A DNA stretch of 60,931 nucleotides, the filler included, from Nemertoderma westbladi (lineage: Eukaryota > Animalia > Xenacoelomorpha), in assembly GCA_032718475.1 (NCBI GenBank). It is 4 parts of 4 records of this genome, joined end to end, with 100 filler letters (N's around TTAATTAATTAA, not from the genome) between each part and the next. Parts side by side here need not be neighbours in the genome. Positions count along the whole stretch, not along the records: positions 17,072 to 37,072 come from JAUCBJ010003620.1; 3 more parts are not named here. One strand, written 5' to 3'. The notes below the pieces were generated by a model that saw only the letters and a list, made by a program, of their open reading frames with translations, did no database searches and was not told the origin of the DNA. The translations under genes and the position numbers were made by a program. Positions 23,796 through 37,072 of this stretch are shown in pieces. Each line of letters begins with the position of its first letter. Position 1 is the first letter of the stretch.

Positions 23796-25542
23796 ATTAG
23801 CTGATTCGGCCCTCTATAAAGAAGGGCCTCCATTTCTCATTGATGAAGAATGTAACTGGCCCAGTAGTCCGACTCCTCCAGCTCAGTTATTAGTGATATC
23901 TGAACCACAGACAAATTCACTAACTCCAATCGTTTCTCTTAAGAAATATTCTAGCTTCGATACTTTGATTCGGGTTGTTGCTTACATTCACCGTTTCATT
24001 CATAACTGTATCCAAAAATCTGCCGCTGCACGCAGGAAGGGTGCATTAGTTGGATCAGAACTGACATCAGCTACCAACTATCTTATAAGATTGGAACAGA
24101 GACATCTCTTTGCTGATGAATTCCAGATGCTATCTGCAGATCCTTCTGCTGCCTTGCCTAAATCATCTTCATTGTGGCGATATCATCCTACTCTGTTTAA
24201 TGGCTTAATTGTCTTGGTTCCACGCAACCGCCAGGAACCCATCTTACCAATACTCCCCTATAAGAGTCCTTTAACATCCCTGTTGGTAAAACATTTCCAT
24301 AGTGCTCTTTGCCATCAAGGTTATGATGCTACACTTGCTGAAATTCGTACACGATTTTGGATCCCAAAGGGACGTGCATTGGTACGCAAACTCATTTTCG
24401 ATTGCCCCAAATGTCATCGTTATCGCTGTGTTCCATACCGTAGTTCTGAATCTGCCTTACAACCATTTCGGATTCAACCTACTGTGCCATTTCGGCATGT
24501 GGGCGTTGATTTCTTTGGTCCATTATATTTAAAGGAGAAAATTAAAGCCTGGGCCATTCTATTCACCTGTGCCTGTGTCCGGGCCATCCACCTGGAGATT
24601 GTTTCAGACCAATCGGCTGCAACTACACATCTGGCCTTTCGTAAGTTTTTGGCCCGTCGAGTCCGGCCCCTTACTCATATTACTTTTCATTCTGATAATG
24701 CGAAAACATTTCGCAAATTATCTTGCATGAAATTCCCATCGCATGTGGTGGATTGGGAATTTATTCCTGCTCGTAGTCCTGCATGGGGAGGATTTTGGGA
24801 ACGAATGGTGAAGACTGTGAAATTTTGCATGAAGACTCTTTGCCACAAGCTCTTACTTACCTTGCCCCAACTTGAAGCCGTGGTATGTGAAGTTGAAGCT
24901 GTTGTGAATCTGCGGCCATTGTTGCCAGTCTCCACAGATCCCAATGATACAAATTCAATAACCCCCGCCCACTTCCTATATGGTTCACCACCGCCAGTTT
25001 CGGATCTTGAAATTGACACGGTGGTAATTGCCGAACCAGATATCCGTCGATCACTATTACAAAGGGAACGTGCCAATCGTGAGGTTTGGAAGTTGTTTTC
25101 ATCGCGATATATGAATACTCTCGCAACATGGCGCACAACAGGTTCCAGTGGCATCCCTCCTACCATTGGGGACCTAGTTCTAGTCCACCAGGATTCACCC
25201 CGTTCCCGTTGGCCTTTGGCCCGCATTGTGGGCCTTACAACTGGTGTTGATGGCATACCCCGATCCGCAACAATTCTCCTCCGTGGTCGCCATACAACTC
25301 GTGCGGTCAATAAACTGTTACCCCTTGAGCGTTCAACCATCCCCGATCGTGGGGGCAGGGTGCCTCTTGATCAGGATCACCCTGCAATCAATCATCATGG
25401 GGATGCAGCATCATCTTCCAACTGCCCAATGCCTCAACAACCACCACCTAATTGCGAACAACTGAATCCCATGGGTTCCTACCGAACTGCATCTGGACGT
25501 GCTGTGCGCCCACCCATGTGTTATGGTTATTGCAAACCTTAG
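23779..25542 (+). CDS. BEL/Pao integrase (HHCC, DDE core, DUF5641-type C-terminus)
   Basis: H..LCH...CPKC, VGVDFFGP, FTCACVRAIHLE, SDNAKTF, PAWGGFWERMV, NLRPL, RSRWPLARI; open frame from ATG at 23779. Confidence 0.92.
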   Translation: MKEFAELADSALYKEGPPFLIDEECNWPSSPTPPAQLLVISEPQTNSLTPIVSLKKYSSFDTLIRVVAYIHRFIHNCIQKSAAARRKGALVGSELTSATNYLIRLEQRHLFADEFQMLSADPSAALPKSSSLWRYHPTLFNGLIVLVPRNRQEPILPILPYKSPLTSLLVKHFHSALCHQGYDATLAEIRTRFWIPKGRALVRKLIFDCPKCHRYRCVPYRSSESALQPFRIQPTVPFRHVGVDFFGPLYLKEKIKAWAILFTCACVRAIHLEIVSDQSAATTHLAFRKFLARRVRPLTHITFHSDNAKTFRKLSCMKFPSHVVDWEFIPARSPAWGGFWERMVKTVKFCMKTLCHKLLLTLPQLEAVVCEVEAVVNLRPLLPVSTDPNDTNSITPAHFLYGSPPPVSDLEIDTVVIAEPDIRRSLLQRERANREVWKLFSSRYMNTLATWRTTGSSGIPPTIGDLVLVHQDSPRSRWPLARIVGLTTGVDGIPRSATILLRGRHTTRAVNKLLPLERSTIPDRGGRVPLDQDHPAINHHGDAASSSNCPMPQQPPPNCEQLNPMGSYRTASGRAVRPPMCYGYCKP

Positions 25543-26231
25543 ATTGGTTGCAACGTGGGGGTGTGCCATCGACGACAGTCAAGGGCATGGCCTATATGGA
25601 CTTAGACTGATATAGGACTTATTATATTATGTACCGGTAAGGGCGAGTTGATTGACTGACTCGGTTGGTCTTTGGTACTGCCCCTGTACACGGTACCTGG
25701 GTACCGAAGCCTATGCCTATATTATGTACCGTATATTATTGTGTACCATATATACTGATATACATTATATGAGATCGAAGGAATACCAGCACCGACCATT
25801 TAATATATTTTACTTATACCTCGTCGATCCCTAACAACGACGACACACCCCCCCAGACACCCCCCCCCCCCCCCCCCCCCCCCCCGCGGACACTTCCCCC
25901 CCAGACACTTCCCCCCCACGGACACTTCCCCCCCGACTGTTCTTAACTTCGCACATTCGTATTTTTCATTTTGTAAGGTAAACGGACCGCTTGTATCCAG
26001 ATAAGTTGTATCCAATTTTCCTTTCGTAGCTCAGAAAGTGATCTTTTGCATCCCGATTTTACATTTTATATCCAAGTTTTATTTATGGGTTTTATCAATG
26101 CAATTACATTAAAAGAATTAAAGGAATTAAAAGAAAAACAAACAAAACGTTTCTTTTATAATTTTGAAAAAACTTGTCTAGATACAACTTGTCCTGTAAC
26201 CATCTTTAACTTTTGTTTATTGCTTTGATGC

Positions 26232-27447
26232 GGTGTTCGGACACTTCCCCCCCGGACACTTCCCCCCCGGACAGTTCCCCCCCCCGCTCAAGTAGGACAC
26301 TTCCCCCCCGGACACTTCCCCCCCAGACACTTCCCCCCCACGGACACTTCCCCCCCGACTGATCTTAACTTCGCACATTCGTATTTTTCATTTTGTAAGG
26401 TAAACGGACCGTTTGTATCCAGATAAGTTGTATCCAATTTTCCTTTCGTAGCTCAGAAAGTAATCTTTTGCATCCCGATTTTACATTTTATATCCAAGTT
26501 TTATTTATGGGTTTTATCAATGCAATTACATCGTATTGTTTGCTAATCTTTAAACAATTAATTATATTAGATGACCAATAAATTCCATCCCCGGAATGAT
26601 ATACTGTTTTTATTAACTATAGAATTATAATAATTAATTGTTTTAATTATAGGTATTATTATGTTATAGTCTTCTTCAAATTGTAGCAGATGGGGATGAA
26701 TATTATTGTTGCAATCAAAATTATACCTCTCCAGGGTAAAATCGACATGCGTCGACCTGTATTCTGTGTTCAGCATTACATATTGATATACATATTACTA
26801 CTATACATACTATATAGATATTATACACACTACATATTAAATTTCCTGGTTACTTGCAATATTTTTAATAGGATTTTGTTGAATTATATAATATTGTAGT
26901 AATTTATATATTAAATTGGTTAACATTCAATACAGCTCCTACTTTAGGCTTAGTCAATTTATTATCTGATGATACAAACATGAATTAATTATTTCAAAGT
27001 GGTCTTAAGTCTTTCACCACGGGCACTCAGGGAAATGCCGGGGTCTGGGGGCGATAACCCCCATGAAAAGAAGCGGGGGTTTGGGGGCGGTAGCCCCAAA
27101 CAAAAGAAGCGGGGGTTTGGGGGCGGCAGCCCCCAATTAAAATAAATTTAAAGGAATTAAAAGAAAAACAAACAAAATTTGACTATAAAAATGTTTCTTT
27201 TATAATTTTGAAAAAACTTGTCTAGATACAACTTGTCCTGTAACCATCTTTAACTTTTGTTAATTGCTTTGATGCACCCAGATTAATTTTAACACTTTAA
27301 CTGGGGGGGAAGTGTCCGGGGGGCAAGTGTCCGGGGGGGAAGTGTCCTACTTGGGCGGGGGGGAAGTGTCCGGGGGGGAAGTGTCCGGGGGGGAAGTGTC
27401 CTACTTGGGCGGGGGGGAAGTGTCCGGGGGGGAAGTGTCCTAGATCC
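26232..27447. mobile_element. Second copy of the MULE-like MITE inserted into the first
   Basis: Same termini GGTGTTCGGACAC...GTCCTAGATCC, flanked by TTTGATGC duplication (26224-26231, 27448-27455). Confidence 0.75.
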
Positions 27448-29189
27448 TTTGATGCACCCAGATTAATTTTAACACTTTATTTGGGGGGGAAGTGTCCGGG
27501 GGGCAAGTGTCCGGGGGGGAAGTGTCTGGGGGGAAGTGTCCTACTTTGGCGGGGGGGAAGTGTCCTAGATCCGTTTATGATTATTGATAGCAACAATGTG
27601 TTGGCAAGCTGTATTTTTCGAGGTGTTTGTTATTATCCGTTTATTCCGTTTATGTTATATACTTTACCTTTAAAGTTAGAAGTAGTCTTGCATAGCCCGG
27701 TATCGACTTCCTCCACTTGCTATCTCTCTATATGGGGTTCTGTAGATGAGAGCAATTTATCAAGGGATGAAATTGACTTTCTCGTATATAATTAAAAAAT
27801 ATCCTTTATTTATTTTATCTACTTTATTTTACCCTATAAAGTTTTCGATAACGCCGTACAACCTTTTTTTGATTGATCGGGTGAACTCAATATCGGCGTT
27901 TATTTCGCCAGCAATATAAGGCATATAATTATGCTAATATTACGTCATAGATTTAGTTATCCATATTAAATATTATTACTTTAATAAATAAAATAAAAAA
28001 ACGCTTATAATCTATAAAACAATATAGATTTATAAAACTGCCAACTGAAAATTGTTCTTCCCTTTATATCTGGTCTAAGCAATATAATACTGTAATTTTT
28101 ATGAGCGGAAAGTTGAATGTTTATGTGTGAACTGGGACTTAGTTATTTGAAAGTTGATAGTTCAATGTTGAGAGCTAATGTGTGACCCGGGCCTAAATCT
28201 GTTTAGTTATTCTATTGCTTTTAAACATACCTGTTTTTGTCGTAAAATCTCATCTCAATTTTCAAATAAAATCCAAAGTCTCCAAAGTCCAATCACTTGG
28301 TAGATTTCAATACTTGAAGTATTTTGTTTCAGAGAGAAGTTAAAGAGAAATGGAAATTCTCAGGAGAGGTGGTTATTTCTGTACAGGGGATGGGTGGAAA
28401 ACCTATATCTCAGTTAAGAACACGCCCTGCTAATGTATTCTGTGAAAACCAGGGATTCCAAGATGAGTTTCGAGATGGTTCTATTGTATACCATAGAGAA
28501 TATATTGAAGATGTTGTGCTTGAAAGGCACAGTTCTATCAAATCGATCACCCACCTATAACTCAACTGCAACAAACCATACATTATGAGTACATTAGTAA
28601 AGTTAACATTATTGGCGGGGTGGGGGGGGGGGGGGGGTGGCAGGGGGTGTTGCTGATTCGTCCAACCCTGCTTATTTCCAAAATTCACTTCCTTACTGTT
28701 TGCTCTTTTCTTCTCTTTACTTTTATACTTTCTTATATATTTTGAATTAATTGTATTTTAAATAAATGAACTGCATATTGCTGGAAAGTTGCGCAAGAAA
28801 ATTTTTTCACAATTTATTGAATATTTTTTTATTTTTTTGCGAAATTCTTCTTTTATTCAGAAACATACAACAATAAATTTGATTTTATATAGTAGAAACA
28901 GTTCTTAACCATATTACCACTGGGGAGCACGGGGGGGGGGGGGGGGGGGGTGCGATTCGGCCCATCCACTCTATTTTTGTAAACGTTTAATGATATCCTA
29001 CGAAATTTGGGATGTAAATGAAAGAATTATCGAATAACATTTTCAAAAATAAAAGAAGAAAATTTCATAAGCTGGGTATAATAATTTTCCCGAAAAATAG
29101 AAGTACTCCTAGGACCAAATTTAAAATTTATTGGTATTCTAAAAACTAATAGTGTGGCATTTAACTGGATATTTTTTGTGCAACTTAGA

Positions 29190-29545
29190 ATTGAGCATGG
29201 CACTTCAAATTTTTAAAAATTCGATACTCGAGAAATACACCAAAGTTGAGATTTTGACGCATTTTTATAGGTTTTCTGGACCACTACTGAAAGGATTGAA
29301 AGTAATAAAGAAGCTTTAAGTCTTAGTGGTTCTCCATTTTTGGTGCACCTAAATTAGGGCGTGGCAATAAGTCTTGAGGCTTCTTCTATATTACTTTCAA
29401 TCGATTCAGCGGTCCATAAAACTTACATAAATGCGATGAAATCAAAATCAATATTATTATTAGTATTTTCCGAATATCGTAATTTTGAAAATTTGAAGTG
29501 CCACGCCCTAATTTTGGTGCACCAAAAATGACGTACCAATACACT
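29190..29545. repeat. Internally inverted dispersed repeat (related sequence at 60680-60931 and more weakly 36200-36740)
   Basis: GGCACTTCAAATTTT..AAAATT / AATTTTGAAAATTTGAAGTGCC and TTTTTGGTGCACC / GGTGCACCAAAAA; same motifs recur at the window end. Confidence 0.55.
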
Positions 29546-30327
29546 TACATGCTTATATAGAGTGCTCCATACGAATCAGAATCAATAAAAAAAGCTTACA
29601 AACATAAATATTTACGAACTCACGAATGACCTTGTAAAATTCTAAAATTTCAAAACAATTTGTGCTGGGGACCAAATTTTGAGGTAGCACCCACATCAGA
29701 AGGAGAAATGCAATTTGCAACGCCGTATTTTTGGGAAAGATGCGCCATTAAATTGACCAATTATCATAAAAAATTGGACAGGTACATAATGTTGTTCAAT
29801 AGTTACAGCAATAAAAACTAGATTTATAGAAAAATTTATTTTTTAGTTACATATATAAAGATGTTTTAAAAATATTTTCTTATCTTTATTTAGTTTTATT
29901 ATTGGTTGCAATATCTTCTGGATATTTCATATTTCTTTGGAACAATTTCCCTTTATTCGTTAAATTCGACCTAACATTCAATTGGTTTATCATCGACTAA
30001 CTTGTTTACAAGTATGAACAGGTGTATGCACGCACATCAAGTTTATTTGCCTGCTATACGCGATTGATAAAATAAACTTGTAAACTTGTAATGAATCTGA
30101 GTCTCTGATTGTAAGAATGAACGTTGTTTTTTGAAGTTAGTTTTTACAATTTAGGTTGATTGTAAAATGAACTAAAATTATAGCAATCTAATCATTAAAT
30201 AATGTACACACAATGAAAGTCATCATAAAATTAAATAAACTATAATAAATAAAAAATAAATACTTTCAATGATATTGTTAATACATTATAATATTATCAT
30301 TGATGAACTTCATAGAACTTATAAATG

Positions 30328-30647
30328 CAGGGACGGATTAAGGGGGGGGGGGGGGGGGGGGGCAACAGGGGCAGCTGCCGGGGGCAAAAAATTATTATTA
30401 TTTAAAATTTATAAGAATAAAAAAAATGTAAGCGGAACTCACCGCTTTTTTCACTGATTTTCAATTAATTTGAATTTCACTGAATTTCAATTCAACTTAT
30501 TTGTACCAACGGGGACCATTGCAACGGGGAGCGTTGGGAACATTGTTTGCAATTGGTTTTCGTGGGGGGGGGGGGGGGGGGGGGTGCTTGGGGCCCGTAA
30601 GTTGCGACTGCCACGCCGGGGGCCCAAAAATTGAATATCCGTCCCTG
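30328..30647. mobile_element. hAT-type MITE
   Basis: TIR CAGGGACGGAT / ATCCGTCCCTG with perfect 8-bp TSD TATAAATG. Confidence 0.9.
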
Positions 30648-30841
30648 TATAAATGCCATTTCATATAAACCAACTGCGTTTGCCGTTTGGATTATGGGGG
30701 TAGATAACACAGCACTTAATTAGATATCACCAATATACTATAAAACAAATAATACTCGATAGGCAGCATTTCAAAAACTTGTATTAAATGTAAACGTAAA
30801 AGGTAAATGTTAAAACAATGTATTAAATGTATAAATTTAAA

Positions 30842-31063
30842 TCAGATAGAATAATCTACTCCTAATATCATATTGGCAAATTCAAGATAATCCAATTTAC
30901 CATCATCATTTGTATCATATTCCACAAAAAGATCATCCACTTCTTCTTCGGTGAGACTATCTCCAACTTCTGTAAGTGCTCTTCGAAGTTCTTGTTTATC
31001 AACAAATCCATTCCCATCGCGATCAAATTTACGAAAACAGTCAACTAATTCTTGAACAGTAAT
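30842..31063 (-). CDS. Terminal exon of a calmodulin-like EF-hand protein (two EF hands)
   Basis: Acceptor TTGTTTCAG then ITVQELVDCFRKFDRDGNGFVDKQEL...YDTNDDGKLDYLEF; upstream exons not found. Confidence 0.85.
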   Translation of the reverse strand: MTVQELVDCFRKFDRDGNGFVDKQELRRALTEVGDSLTEEEVDDLFVEYDTNDDGKLDYLEFANMILGVDYSI

Positions 31064-31759
31064 CTGAAACAATACAATTAATCATTACACAATAAATAAC
31101 ATAAATTAATAAGCATTTATCACACAGTACCTGGTATGTCACCACCCACTGTTCTAAACTGGTACCATGTACATCATGAAGGACATACTATCCACTCTGT
31201 GCTTAAACCATAGAGCAGTAGGCGGGTGATTAGAGCACCAGAGATCAGAGCACCGAGAGCAGTCTGTGTATAATGATGCACTGCACAGTAGGCTTGGTTA
31301 CTGTTATTAGTTACTACTTGAATAGGCATATAGATAGGGACTTTCCATGCATTCAAAATCCATCCCTCTCCAGGGGAATTTCGACGCCAATAACTGGATG
31401 TTCAATGAGTTTCGTTTATTGTTTTGGTTAGAACAACATGCCACTGTAACCTGCTCCTTTCACCAAGATGGGATTTGCGTCCAGTCCCTCTCCCGTGTCT
31501 CTCAATAGAAGACCTTACATTAAAGCTGTGAACAGCTGATCTCATCAGCCAATACTACAGTGTATTGGAGTCGGATACCAAATTGCCACCGCCTATATGT
31601 TATGGCTTTGGCATTGATTTAGTAGAAGTTTATCGTTTAGTATACAGTATTGATCACACGCCTAGAACAACGTGTATATAGCGCCTTATAAATACTCTTC
31701 ATAATAATAATATCTATATATAAATTGATAATTTGTGCTGAGGGAAATATTGTAGGTTA

Positions 31760-33500
31760 CATATTATGACGACCAGATGAACAGGACATGCGTGCGTAAC
31801 GATGCTTGGTGTAAATGAAACAAGTATTGTGGCTGAACTACTAGGTTTATCAGAACTAGGTTTTAGGATAAACCGAACTGAGCAGTTTTTCAACTGGCGC
31901 ATGATGAACTCAACATCTTTCCATAGATAATCAATGTTATCTAGGAATTCAGTTGAGATTTATTCCTTGCAAGGATCACATTAATGGGATGTTCATTGTG
32001 AGGAAGTTCGCTGAGTTTCCCCAAAGTCAGAAGTGATCGCCCATAGGATCCAAATGTAACAGCCTTGTGAGAAGCGAAGAAAATGCAGCCACTTGAAACT
32101 CGAAATATTCCAAATTCACCTTCAAGAAGATCCTGCTCAAATTCACCAACCAAAAAATACGTAAACCCTACCCCGAGCAGGTACTTAGAAATATGTATAA
32201 GTCCACGAGTAGAACTTATGAGTGCTTGGCGAGTGTCAGGTATGAATGTATCAAAGCTGCAAACTCCAGTTCCAGGTATTATATATAGCCTCGAATTCGT
32301 CTGCAAAGGTTTCCAGGCGGGATGATATGGCTTCACTTTCAGGTCCAGGTATTGCTTGTTGGGGTCGTTAAATCTTTCAGGCTCCAACGTGGTTTTAACA
32401 TTAACTAACTTCCACCAATGTAGAAATTCTTCCAGGATGTAAATAGTACCAGTTACATCCTATTTTTCCATAGTTTTCAGAGCAACGATTGTTCAGTCGC
32501 TTAACACATTCAAAACAAGTTAGATGTTATGTTTCTTGGAGTTGCATCAGATAAACTGCTGACTTTGTAAGCATTGTGGTATGTATAATTGCAGTAGATT
32601 CAACCTTGGAGAACTCTTCAATATCTTTCCAGTAGCCCGAATTCCCAATGTAGCATAAGGTTTACTCGAGTCGTAGTTGGGAAAACTACTAAAAAACGCC
32701 TGGTTGACATGAAGATTATCTGTAAACGTATATGTAGAACATTAAGTACCTTGTCCATTTGAAATTTGGCCATGAGATTTGATACAGGAGTCATATCAAC
32801 CATCACAGCAGGACTGCCATGCAGACAGCTTCACCATGATGCAGAGAACAGTCGTCATCATGGCTCCAGGATTATCAGCAGCATAACCAAATACCGAGTG
32901 ACTGTGGTAGATCAAACCTGGCTTAATCTTTATTTCATCAACAAGAATGGTAGTAAATCACTGCATCTCACACGTAACTTTTCCAAGTACAGCCCATATC
33001 ATCAACTCCCCAGAAATATGACTCTCCAAATCTCGTACTTTACAATGGCTGGGAAGGATGACAAGCTGGTGAAAAGTGCTGTATGGCATTCTCGGATGAG
33101 CTTGGGTAGCAACCAACCAGTCATTAGGTGAGACAATAAGTTTAATTGTTCTTTCTTTTATCCATCTTCTTGCTTTCTGAGTCAACAATCGTAACTGCTT
33201 CTTTGTTTACTTACAAGTATATACGATGCTACAAGCAATTCATCTCGATTGTTGGTGAAACGAGAGACATTGGCAACTACTTCTTCCAATTGCAAGCAAT
33301 ATCGAAGTTGGTTATTAGGTGATAGACAGTAACTCAAACTGAAGGTAAGATGATGTCAAAGGTAAGATGATGTCAAACGTAAGATGGTTTCGGACAAAGT
33401 TTGTTGCCGGTGCACATCATTACCTGACCCCGGATATTTGTTGGACTGGAAACGTGAAGAACAAACATGTTCGGTTTCAGAAACACATGAAATGAAAATT
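31760..33500 (-). mobile_element. P-element / THAP9-like transposase relic
   Basis: TRQALISSTRGLIHISKYLLGVGFTYFLVGEFEQDLLEGEFGIFR, VDMTPVSNL, THAP-like HVCSSRF near 33450-33475; many disruptions. Confidence 0.75.
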
Positions 33501-34489
33501 TCTGCCAAACATTTAACTAAGTTTACTATCAACTAAATCTGTACACCCATGGACGGTGGCGCGGATTCAAAATGTGTATTTCTGTCTGCCATCTCCAGTT
33601 GGAATTTTCCGAGATGTTACTGGCTGGAGGAAACAAGACTAAGACAAGAAAAGACAAGACAAGAATCCCTGGAAAGTGAGAGCGATCCACGATGGGAGGA
33701 TAATGTCCACCAGGATTGAATTTCTTTGGGACATCTCCATCCGGGAAACCTGGCCAATGTTTAATGCATATTATTTTTAATCTGTTTAATGAGTGTTCTT
33801 AGTATAAACAAATGGCCGGTTATTCTCATTGCAGGAGGGAGGCAGCGCCTTGACCCATGATTCCCTTTCAACATCATTAGCTGGAAGTTCAACAATTCCC
33901 ACTACCTCATCTGTTGTTGAAGTTGCTTACAATTATAGACGCAGCAGTGTCTCGGCATTGTTGTAAGTTCAATATAGCTCCCAACGTCAACTGTTATTTA
34001 GGCCTATTACAGTACATTATTACTATATTAGGGAGATTATAAGATAATATTACATGTTAGATGCGGGAATTAGGCCTGACAATTAACGTATTCCTACTCC
34101 ACCGAACGCCATAAAATACCCTATATTATTTCATAATACTACAGTAAGGTAAGGAGGTACTTGTATACAATACCGCAATATAAAATAAAAACCAGACTTG
34201 TCTAGCAAAGTTAGAATATATAGTCTGACAGTCTTGTAGTAGAGTAGTCCTTGTATGCAAAGTATATGTTTGAAGCAGTGAATACTAACTAGTCCGTGAT
34301 TTAAATAAATAACTAAATAAATATTATAAAGAAACTCATAATTCATGATTTCTAGGCATACTCCATATTTTGGTCAGTGTATATATTACAAGATCAATAT
34401 AAATGTATTCTGATATATTTACGTTTTTCAAATCCGGATACTGATGATATCTCCAATAGAGAAACAGACCTTACTGATTTTATAATTAA

Positions 34490-35300
34490 ACTACATGGCA
34501 TTTTTTCATTGTATGTTCCTGAGAAGGAGTTATCCCTGGATGAATAGCTTCTGTTATTCAAAGGAAGACTTTACTTCTATAATTTAATAGAATAAAGAGG
34601 GCTAGATTTGATAAAACTATTTCCACTATACTACTATTAATATTCTATATTATATTATACTATTATTATATATATATACCACTATACTACTCTAATTATT
34701 TTAATAAACTAACACATTTATATTTATATTATACTCTTTACTATTTCATTTGTATTATTGTATATTGAGGGGCTAAATCAGCCATAAAACTACACTTCCA
34801 AGCACCGAGTTTCTTTCTAAATCCGAGATTGTACTTGTCTCACTGTTATTTGAATGGAACTTATTTGATTATGTCAATCTTGACTATTTGTACTGCAGTG
34901 TCAGTTTGGCGCAATATCTAGCTAGACTCGTGGAACACCGGAATGAGGGGAACTATTAAATCTAACAGGGGATTTCCACACATACTCAAAGAGTTCCAGT
35001 CACCAATCTCTTATAGATAGATACATTGGAATAAAGATGAGAAGGAAGTATCCTAGTAATTAAAATTGGCAATAAGATGTTTATATAATAACATCCATTG
35101 ATAAAGCTGAAGAGGTTTAGAAATGAAGCATTGCGAGAAGAGCATATATTGGAGTACAAGAAAACTTAACTGCTATTAAAAACTACAACAATAACTTGGG
35201 TGGTGTAGACGTTATCGAAACCGACCAGTACATAGCATCAGCAGATGATACAAGAAAACATCATACCATTGGTTCAAGAAGTTAAGGTATCCTCTATTTA
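34490..35300 (+). mobile_element. piggyBac transposase relic
   Basis: Manual translation LYVPEKELSLDE*LLLFKGRL, KRARF, YNNNLGGVDVI, WFKKL. Confidence 0.75.
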
Positions 35301-35442
35301 CAACGACTTTTGATAAAATGCATTATGTGCGTTTCAAAGGTGAGAAGTGTCATCATAGTGTTTTTCACTTTACTGAAATGACTTTAGATTACAAGCGTTC
35401 GAAGCATTGGCAGGTGTGGAGTCTTTGTTTAACCTTATTAGT

Positions 35443-35975
35443 AATAATAATAATAATAATTTATTTATAATGCGCTCTTTAAGGGCAATAAATCAAGGCG
35501 CACGTACGCGTACACAATTAGTTAATTACTACATAATGACATTACAATCAATAATTGTATACTTTAAAATCAACAATGTTTAAAAATTACGGTATGTACT
35601 AATTAAAAAATATATAATGAACACACAAAAGTCATGATTTGATAATTACAATATTAAGTAAAAAGTTATTTATTACACTGTGCAGATATCTCATTAAAAC
35701 AAAGCTCAATAAAAAGATAAATCCACATCAAGTGGTATATGGGGGGGTCCATTCAGGGTTGCAAGTATTGGATACAATTAAAATATATATTTGCCTATTG
35801 ACCGTATTCTAATGAAAAGTAGTGTGTTTTCAGCCGCGACTTAAACAATTCCACGGTGTGTGCACTGCGGACCGAATAAGGGAGAACGTTCCATAAACGG
35901 GGCCCGGCAACTGAGAAAGCCCGCCTCCCGTAACTTTCTAGCCGATAACGAGGCGCAACCAGAGTACCAGAGTAC
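35443..35975 (-). mobile_element. 3' end of L2/CR1-clade LINE
   Basis: RAFSVAGPRLWNVLP...FKSRLKTHYF, then 3' UTR ending GCGCATTATAAATAAA-(TTA)n. Confidence 0.8.
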
Positions 35976-36805
35976 CGGGCTATAAAATGTTGTACAAATA
36001 CTGGGGGTGGGTCATATTGACCCCCCTCTGAAATCTACAAATTTTAACGAAAACGTCTAATTTTTTGTTTGTTCATTAGTCTAATCCGACCGAAAAAATC
36101 TTCGAAAAAATTTACTTTAGGTAATTTTGCAGCACTAAAATTTCAAGTAGTGAACAATTGTCAACAAATTTGAAAGTTCCAATTTTCCGCTAATCTTTTT
36201 TCAATAAGGTTTTCTGGGGCGCTGAATCCATTCGAAAATATTTAAAAATGATCTCATTACTGTAAATGGCAGTATTAGCCCTCTACGTAGGCAAAAAATG
36301 AAAAAAAAAAAAACAAGAAACCAACATTTTACAATTTGAACACAAATTATTTAATTCACTTATACGTTGCTAAATATTCACATTTTCTGGTTTTCCTCGG
36401 CGCTGATTCAAAGGGAATATATTTCTAATGCAACAGATCATTGCTACTTTTATTTTTGGCGTAATATCGCAAATATTGATGCTTGCACAAAATTTCGTAC
36501 CCATGACCGTAAAGTACAAGTTTGAGATGTCCAATGATGTTTTTATTGATTCCATCGGATTCAGGACCCTTATAAACCCATAGAACGCAAGAAACAAGAT
36601 GATTCTATCTATTGAGCAATTTTCTTATTTTCAAAAATTTGGTGCTGCCACAACAATTTTCACTCACCGGCGAAAAATACAAGTTTGAAAAGTCTTATGC
36701 AATTTTTACCGATTCCATTGAATTCAGAACCCCTGATGTTATCATTAGGTTAACCAGTTAACAAGTTAATACAAGATAATCAAGAAAACAAGATAATCAG
36801 TTAAC

Positions 36806-37034
36806 AAAAAGACCAACACTAGAAGCAGCCTGTTCTAATGAGCTGAGGAGCTCTTGGGCTCCCTCTAGTGAATCTGAGAACATAAGCAAAATCATCAGCA
36901 AAGTCTAGATCAGTTAGGTACTTGGCAGGATTTCCCCGACTTCTGGAGCCAATAGGTGGAGTTACCAAAACCCCATCATCATTATGATGATCTAAGGACA
37001 TGCGAAGTAAAGCTTGATGCTGTGATGCTGGCAT
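36806..37034 (-). mobile_element. RTE-clade LINE RT fragment
   Basis: KYLTDLDFADD; close DNA match to 48135-48277. Confidence 0.8.
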
Positions 37035-37072
37035 GAATAGTGAAAAAACAGTAATGTATTATCGAATGAACC

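Larger units (their letters stand above)
22886..25847 (+). mobile_element. Compact (2.96 kb) non-autonomous BEL/Pao LTR element
   Basis: LTRs 22886-23170 and 25562-25847 (TG...CA, about 8 substitutions and 1 indel by eye), CCCCC TSD, partial PBS CTTCGAACCGGAT, G-run before the 3' LTR. Confidence 0.95.
22838..27572. mobile_element. MULE-like MITE with (GGACACTTCCCCCC)n termini, outer copy
   Basis: Ends GGTGTTCAGACAC... and ...GTGTCCTAGATCC; 9-bp flanks GTTTATGTT / GTTTATGAT. Confidence 0.7.
22580..28193. mobile_element. PIF/Harbinger deletion derivative (outer layer of nest)
   Basis: TIRs GGTCTGGGTCACACATGAGCTTTCAAC / GTTGAGAGCTAATGTGTGACCCGGGCC, TAA TSD; minus-strand relic FNYIR..DKLLSSTEPHIER/DSKWRKSIPGYARLLLTLK at about 27665-27800 resembles a Harbinger transposase N-terminus. 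Confidence 0.8.
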
